From Rhodospirillaceae bacterium (GTDB lineage: Bacteria > Pseudomonadota > Alphaproteobacteria > UBA7985): DNA of 64,000 nucleotides. The notes beneath the pieces are model-generated. The model was not told the origin of the DNA. It saw nothing but the letters and a program-made list of their open reading frames with translations, and did not search any database. Below, piece after piece: positions 59,251 to 64,000 of this stretch. Where the stretch lies: contig JAYQIC010000003.1 in NCBI GenBank assembly GCA_038141425.1, positions 14,377 through 78,376 on the forward strand. Reading direction: 5' to 3'. Made by a program: the position numbers and the translations under genes. The first letter of the stretch is position 1. Each line of letters opens with the position of its first letter.

Positions 59251-60419
59251 ATGGCAACAAAGACGAACTGGAAAGCCATCCTCGCGGTCTACCTGATCGG
59301 CGTGGCAGCGGCTGCGCAGGTCGGGCGCATTGCCCCGGCGGCGAGCAGCCTGCGCGAAGATATGGCCATGGGGCTGACCACCTACGGCTGGATGGTGTCG
59401 CTGATCACCTTGCCTCGGCGGTGCTGGGGTTGGCGGCCGGGTATTGGGTGGTGCGGCGGGGACCACGTTTCGCGCTGTTTGCGGGAATGGCGGTGCTGTT
59501 CGTCGGCCTTGTGCTCGCAACGCTATCGCCCTCGAAGACCGTGATGCTGCTCGCCCGCATGGCCGAAGGGCTTGGCTATCTGGCGATTGTCGTTGCTGCG
59601 CCCACGCTGATCGCCCGCGAAGCCAGCGGGCGGGACACCGCCCGGTCTCTGGCGCTGTGGGGTACATTCTTCCCGCTGGGCATCAGTACAGCGGCCATCA
59701 CCGGGGGCCTGCTGTCAGAGCTTTTCGGCTGGCGGGTCTGGTTCGGGATCAACGCTGCGACGCTGGTCCCGATTGCGCTGATGACGCTGGCATCGGTTCC
59801 GGCAGACCCGGGTGTGCAGCAGCGGTCTCCGGCGGCGGGCAGTCGCCAGCCGCTGTCCTTGTTGCCGGTTTCGGCGTGGCTGCTCGGGCTTGGATTGCTG
59901 AGTGTCACGCTGATCACGCTGGCCTTGCTGAGCATGCTGCCCGTGTTCCTGATGGAGAGCCACGGGCGCTCGCAGCAAACCGCTGGCGGCATCACCGGTG
60001 CCGTGGCGATGACCAGCATTCTGGGCAGCCTGCTCTATGGGTGGGTCGCGAACCGGATTGGCGAGACCACGATCCTGATGAGCGCTGCCGTGCTGCTGCT
60101 GGTCAGTGCTTTCCCGGCCTTCGATCCGGCTGCGGTGGTTCCCGTTACCGTCGCCTTTGCCGCGCTGGCGATCTTCGCTACCGGGGTGCTGGTGGCATCG
60201 GTTTTCGCAGCCGTGCCCCGTCTGGTTCCAAGCCCTGACGACATCGGTCCAGCCAATGGTCTGATCGCCCAGATTGGCAGCGTCGGCGCCCTGAACGGGC
60301 CGCCGATCATCGGCTTTTTCATTGCCTCCAGTGGCTGGACAGCGCTGACGGTGATGATTGTGATCTTCACGCTCTCGTTCCTGAGCTTCGCCATTTCCGC
60401 CAATGCCGCGCAACGTTAG
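59251..60419 (+). CDS. MFS transporter; frame broken once
   Basis: About 12 TM segments. The pieces join (..MVSLITLASAVLGLAAGYWVVRRG..) at about 59411. Confidence 0.75.
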
Positions 60420-60598
60420 CGCTAGCGGTTGACTGGCTGGACCCAAGCCCGCCGGGCTTGGCTGCTGGGGTGTTGCCGGAAACGCAACAAGGTGGACGTG
60501 AACCAGCACTAGACCCCCAAAAATCCTCCCTTCTATGGTTGCACCGAGCGCACCACCACGCGCCCGGAAAAAGAACAGAAAACCAAAAGGGACCTAGA

Positions 60599-61885
60599 AT
60601 GTTTAAACACGTCCGACAGCTTGCGGGGGTCGCTGCACTGACCCTGGCTGCACAGGCAGCCTACGCTGATAATGATACGATTAAGGTCGGGGTGCTGCAC
60701 AGCCTGTCCGGCACTATGGCGATCTCCGAGACCACGCTCAAAGACACCGTTCTGATGATGGTCGAAGAGCAGAACAAGAAGGGCGGTCTGCTGGGCAAGA
60801 AGCTCGAAGCCGTTGTCGTCGACCCGGCTTCTGACTGGCCCCTGTTTGCCGAGAAGGCACGCGAGCTGATCGAGATTGAAGGCGTGGACATCATCTTCGG
60901 GTGCTGGACGTCGGTTTCGCGGAAGTCAGTGTTGCCGGTGATCGAAGAGCTGGCGTCGGTGCCGCTGTTCTACCCCGTTCAGTACGAGGGTGAAGAGTCC
61001 TCCAAATACGTCTTCTACACCGGCGCCGCACCGAACCAGCAGGCTATTCCGGCAGTCGACTACTTCCTCGAAGAACTGGGGATTGAGTCGTTCGCGCTGC
61101 TCGGCACCGACTACGTTTACCCACGCACGACCAACACCATCCTTGAACAATACCTGAAGGACGCCGGGATCGCCGAAGAAGACATCTTCGTGAACTACAC
61201 GCCCTTCGGCCACTCCGACTGGCAGACCATCGTTTCCAAGGTCAAGGACCTGTCCGCGTCGGGTAAGAGCGTCGGCGTGATCTCCACCATCAATGGTGAC
61301 GCCAACGTACCATTTTACAAGGAACTGGCGAACCAGGGCATCTCGGCTGAAGATATCCCGGTTGTTGCATTCTCCGTCGGTGAAGAAGAACTCTCCGGTC
61401 TCGATACCGGTCCACTGGTGGGTCACCTCGCAGCCTGGAACTACTTCCAGTCGGCAGCCGCCGCCGTGAACGATGAATTCGTTGAAACCTGGAAGGCGTT
61501 CATCGGTGATGAAGACCGCGTGACCAACGACCCGATGGAAGCGACCTACATCGGCTTCCAGCTGTGGGCGCAGGCCGTGGAAGCTGCAGGCTCTGAGGAC
61601 TACGCCGAATGGCAGGATGACATCTACGGCATGTCGGTACCGAACCTGACCGGTGGCACCGCGACCATGCTGCCGAACCACCACCTGACCAAGCCGGTGC
61701 TCATCGGTGAAATTCAGGCAGATGGTCAGTTCGACATTGTTTCGCAGACCGCTGAAGTCCCTGGCGATGCCTGGACCGACTTCCTCGCCGCGTCTGCAAC
61801 CCGGATCTCCAACTGGGAAGACAGCGAGATCGACTGCGGGAACTACGACACTGAAACCGGTGAGTGTTTCGGCCAGAACTACTAG
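60599..61885 (+). CDS. urtA: urea ABC transporter substrate-binding protein UrtA
   Basis: Signal peptide, then IKVGVLHSLSGTMAISETTLKDTVLMMVEEQNKKGGLLGKKLE..FGCWTSVSRKSVLPV, the UrtA pattern. Confidence 0.9.
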   Translation: MFKHVRQLAGVAALTLAAQAAYADNDTIKVGVLHSLSGTMAISETTLKDTVLMMVEEQNKKGGLLGKKLEAVVVDPASDWPLFAEKARELIEIEGVDIIFGCWTSVSRKSVLPVIEELASVPLFYPVQYEGEESSKYVFYTGAAPNQQAIPAVDYFLEELGIESFALLGTDYVYPRTTNTILEQYLKDAGIAEEDIFVNYTPFGHSDWQTIVSKVKDLSASGKSVGVISTINGDANVPFYKELANQGISAEDIPVVAFSVGEEELSGLDTGPLVGHLAAWNYFQSAAAAVNDEFVETWKAFIGDEDRVTNDPMEATYIGFQLWAQAVEAAGSEDYAEWQDDIYGMSVPNLTGGTATMLPNHHLTKPVLIGEIQADGQFDIVSQTAEVPGDAWTDFLAASATRISNWEDSEIDCGNYDTETGECFGQNY

Positions 61886-61900
61886 GGCTTCCCTGGTAAC

Positions 61901-61962
61901 GGGCTCCGCCTCTTTGCCTCCTCAGCGGAGCCCCCTCGTAAGCCCGGCCTCGCGCCGGGCTT
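61901..61962 (+). terminator. two consecutive perfect 9-bp stem-loops between urtA and urtB (attenuator or partial terminator)
   Basis: The first stem pairs GGGCTCCGC (61901..61909) with GCGGAGCCC (61925..61933). The second pairs AAGCCCGGC (61940..61948) with GCCGGGCTT (61954..61962) and is followed by a single T. Confidence 0.35.
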
Positions 61963-62125
61963 TCACTGCCCCTTCCAGTCTTGCCTGTCGTCCTCCGCCT
62001 TCTTGGTATCGGGATGCACGCGGCAGATTGGTGGGCGTTGGTGACCTTCAACAGTCTTTACACGAGCAGGGCATCCAATCGCCGCGCTAGGCGCCCTTGC
62101 TCCCAGTACGTGAAGGGGCGGCTTA

Positions 62126-63739
62126 ATGCGCTCGTTTCTGCTTACCCTTATTGCAGTTCTGCTGCTGCTACCCCTGCAGGTGAAATCACAGACGCTGCAG
62201 GACATTTTTGTGACCCGTGCCGATGATCTGGCCGCCGGAAACACCGCGACCGTCAAAGAGCTTGCCCGCCTGACCGCAGCCACCCGTGAACCCCAGACCA
62301 AGGCCATCCTCGAAGCCTGGATCGCCGGTGATATCCACTTCCGCAAGAGCGACAATCTCATTGTCTTGGTCGAGGAGAGCGATGCGGGCCTGAGCCTGCG
62401 CGATCTGTTCTCCAATGAGAAGGTGGCGCAGGCCGAACGGGGTGACACCAAGAAGGTTAAGAATTCCACGCCGATCAAGGCGATCCTGCGCCCCGCTCTG
62501 GCAGCGCTGGAGCTGAGTAGCCCTGATCCGGCGGCGCGCAAAGCCGCTGCCGAACAGCTCGCCAAGAAACCGAACGAAGCCGCGCTCAATCTGCTCGCAA
62601 CTGCGCTGGAGACAGAGACTGACGCCAGCGCGCGTCGCGCCATTGAAAACAGCCTGATCATTGCCACCCTTGCCGTCGGCGACGACCAGAGCGTTCTGGT
62701 GCAGCTGATGACCATGGGGAATCGGCTAGAGCCAACGGTAAGGGGCGCGGTGCAACGGCTGGTCGACAAACCCAAGCGCGCGCCCGAGGTGGTTGCGGCA
62801 GCGGCCGCGCGGCTCGACGCCATCAACAATCTCGTCGACCTGAACAACTTCGGCAACAATCTGCTGTTTGGTCTTTCGCAGGCCTCTGTGCTGCTGCTCT
62901 CCGCCATCGGTCTCGCCATCACCTTCGGCGTGATGCGGGTGATCAACATGGCGCATGGCGAGTTCATCATGATCGGCGCCTACACGACTTTCGTTGTCCA
63001 ATCGCAATTGCCCGGTATGCCGGGCGTGGCGCTGGTGCTGTCGATCCCGTTGGCTTTCGCTCTGGCCTTTGCGGCCGGGGTGATCCTTGAGCGCACGGTG
63101 ATCCGGTTCCTGTACGGTCGGCCGCTGGAGACGCTGCTGGCGACCTTCGGGGTCTCGCTGGTCCTGCAGCAGTCGTTCCGCCTGATTTTCACCCCGCAGA
63201 ACCGCCCGGTGATCACGCCGGACTGGCTGGCGGGGAATGTCGCGCTGAATCCGATCCTCGGGCTGACTACACCGCGGATCTTCGTGTTTGTGGTGGCGCT
63301 GGCGGTGTTCTTTGGCCTGCTGGCCTTCCTGCAGCGGTCTCGCTTCGGGCTAGAAATGCGCGCTGTGACCCAGAACCGGCCCATCGCCAACACCATGGGC
63401 ATCAACGCCGGCCGGGTCGATTTTCTGACCTTCGGCCTGGGGTCTGGCATCGCCGGGCTAGCAGGTGCGGTGCTGTCCCAGGTGCTGAAGATCAACCCCG
63501 ATATGGGCGTGACCCTGATCATTCCCAGCTTCATGGTGATCGTGATCGGTGGGGTCGGCAGCCTGTGGGGTGCGCTGGTTGGCGCAGGGCTTGTGGGTAT
63601 GGCCACCAAGCTGGTTGAGCCGATCTTCCCGAACAACACGCTGCTCGCCACGGCCATCATTCTGGTCGCGATCATCGGCTTTATCCAGTTCAGGCCCCGG
63701 GGCTGTTCGCCCAGAAAGGGGAGGTCCGCCGAGCTATGA
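62126..63739 (+). CDS. urtB: urea ABC transporter permease UrtB (with long N-terminal periplasmic extension)
   Basis: 537 aa. It has a signal or TM segment, about 230 aa of helical-repeat-like extension, then a LivH-type permease core. The last 15 codons look locally out of frame. Confidence 0.85.
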   Translation: MRSFLLTLIAVLLLLPLQVKSQTLQDIFVTRADDLAAGNTATVKELARLTAATREPQTKAILEAWIAGDIHFRKSDNLIVLVEESDAGLSLRDLFSNEKVAQAERGDTKKVKNSTPIKAILRPALAALELSSPDPAARKAAAEQLAKKPNEAALNLLATALETETDASARRAIENSLIIATLAVGDDQSVLVQLMTMGNRLEPTVRGAVQRLVDKPKRAPEVVAAAAARLDAINNLVDLNNFGNNLLFGLSQASVLLLSAIGLAITFGVMRVINMAHGEFIMIGAYTTFVVQSQLPGMPGVALVLSIPLAFALAFAAGVILERTVIRFLYGRPLETLLATFGVSLVLQQSFRLIFTPQNRPVITPDWLAGNVALNPILGLTTPRIFVFVVALAVFFGLLAFLQRSRFGLEMRAVTQNRPIANTMGINAGRVDFLTFGLGSGIAGLAGAVLSQVLKINPDMGVTLIIPSFMVIVIGGVGSLWGALVGAGLVGMATKLVEPIFPNNTLLATAIILVAIIGFIQFRPRGCSPRKGRSAEL

Positions 63740-64000
63740 TGAGCCTCGAACGATACAACCGCCTGAGCCAGCGCTACCGACGGATAAGCCCCCTTCTCTC
63801 CATGCTGGTGGTCTTCGCCCTGTTGGCCGCTTTCATGGTGTTCGTGCCCGTGGCCAACCAGTCCTACGCCGGCGGCGGTGGGTGGCTGCCCGATGCCATG
63901 GTGCAGCTGTTCGGCAAGATCCTGTGCTTTGCGCTGCTGGCGATTGCGCTCGATCTGGTTTGGGGGTTCTGCGGTATCCTTTCGCTGGGCCACGGCGCCT
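63736..64000 (+). CDS. urtC: urea ABC transporter permease UrtC (5' part, runs off the window)
   Basis: ATGATGA overlaps the urtB stop. The frame is open to the end of the window: MMSLERYNRLSQRY..LFGKILCFALLAIALDLVWGFCGILSLGHGA, a typical UrtC/LivM start. Confidence 0.8.
   Translation, partial: MMSLERYNRLSQRYRRISPLLSMLVVFALLAAFMVFVPVANQSYAGGGGWLPDAMVQLFGKILCFALLAIALDLVWGFCGILSLGHGA

Noticed and set aside
60480-60598. NtrC site or sigma-54 promoter upstream of urtA
   Set aside because: TGCACCgagcGCACCA is a direct arrangement rather than the inverted one, and no GG-N10-GC spacing fits. I cannot support either call.
61963-63993. Long minus-strand ORFs (335 aa and 337 aa) opposite urtB
   Set aside because: They are Arg/Ala/Ser/Pro-rich low-complexity translations antisense to a well-supported gene, which is a typical high-GC artefact. 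The same applies to many other long track ORFs, for example 15316..16923, 25946..27274, 37326..38375, 57888..59132, 32585..33859 and 35342..36328.
1-64000. Mobile elements, prophage, integrative island borders, tRNA/rRNA genes
   Set aside because: I found no transposase, integrase or phage-like ORF, no tRNA-like sequence, and no long inverted or direct terminal repeats in any frame I inspected. The low-GC islets lack recognisable mobility genes.

Overview
The window is visibly GC-rich and gene-dense. It looks like a chromosomal segment of a marine alphaproteobacterium of the Rhodobacteraceae/roseobacter type; that assignment is an inference from gene content and amino-acid signatures, not from any search. 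I see no rRNA, tRNA, CRISPR array, transposase, integrase or prophage genes.

The content is mostly metabolism and transport:
- a DUF1800/DUF1501 pair
- adenine deaminase
- a DMSP-related neighbourhood: dddP, an adjacent cupin DMSP-lyase-family gene, and a GcvT/DmdA-family aminomethyltransferase
- a MatB-like acyl-CoA synthetase
- a CitE-like lyase fused to a double-hotdog hydratase
- a solitary type III Mod DNA methyltransferase
- a GMC oxidoreductase plus aldehyde dehydrogenase operon
- an ATGA-coupled Rieske / oxygenase / GST operon with a LysR regulator
- a kynurenine-3-monooxygenase-like enzyme fused to a cNMP-binding domain
- a polar amino-acid ABC system
- a GntR-controlled carbamoylase / DUF1028 / peptide-ABC block
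- the start of urtABC

Two global points:
1. About 30 genes are broken by single-base frame shifts. Nearly every break I traced by hand (about 25 of them) falls in a mononucleotide run, so I read them as homopolymer miscalls rather than real pseudogenes. Such genes are reported as full-length CDS spans, with the break noted.
2. The stretches that ordinary annotation does not explain are:
- an ORF with three selected copies of the Flp-pilin box (45.8-46.3 kb)
- an AT-rich orphan islet (14.1-15.05 kb)
- a run of orphan secreted proteins (29.5-31.9 kb)
- several unusual domain fusions or splits
- repeated intergenic motifs

All homology calls come from motif recognition by eye and from memory of the protein families. 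No database was queried.
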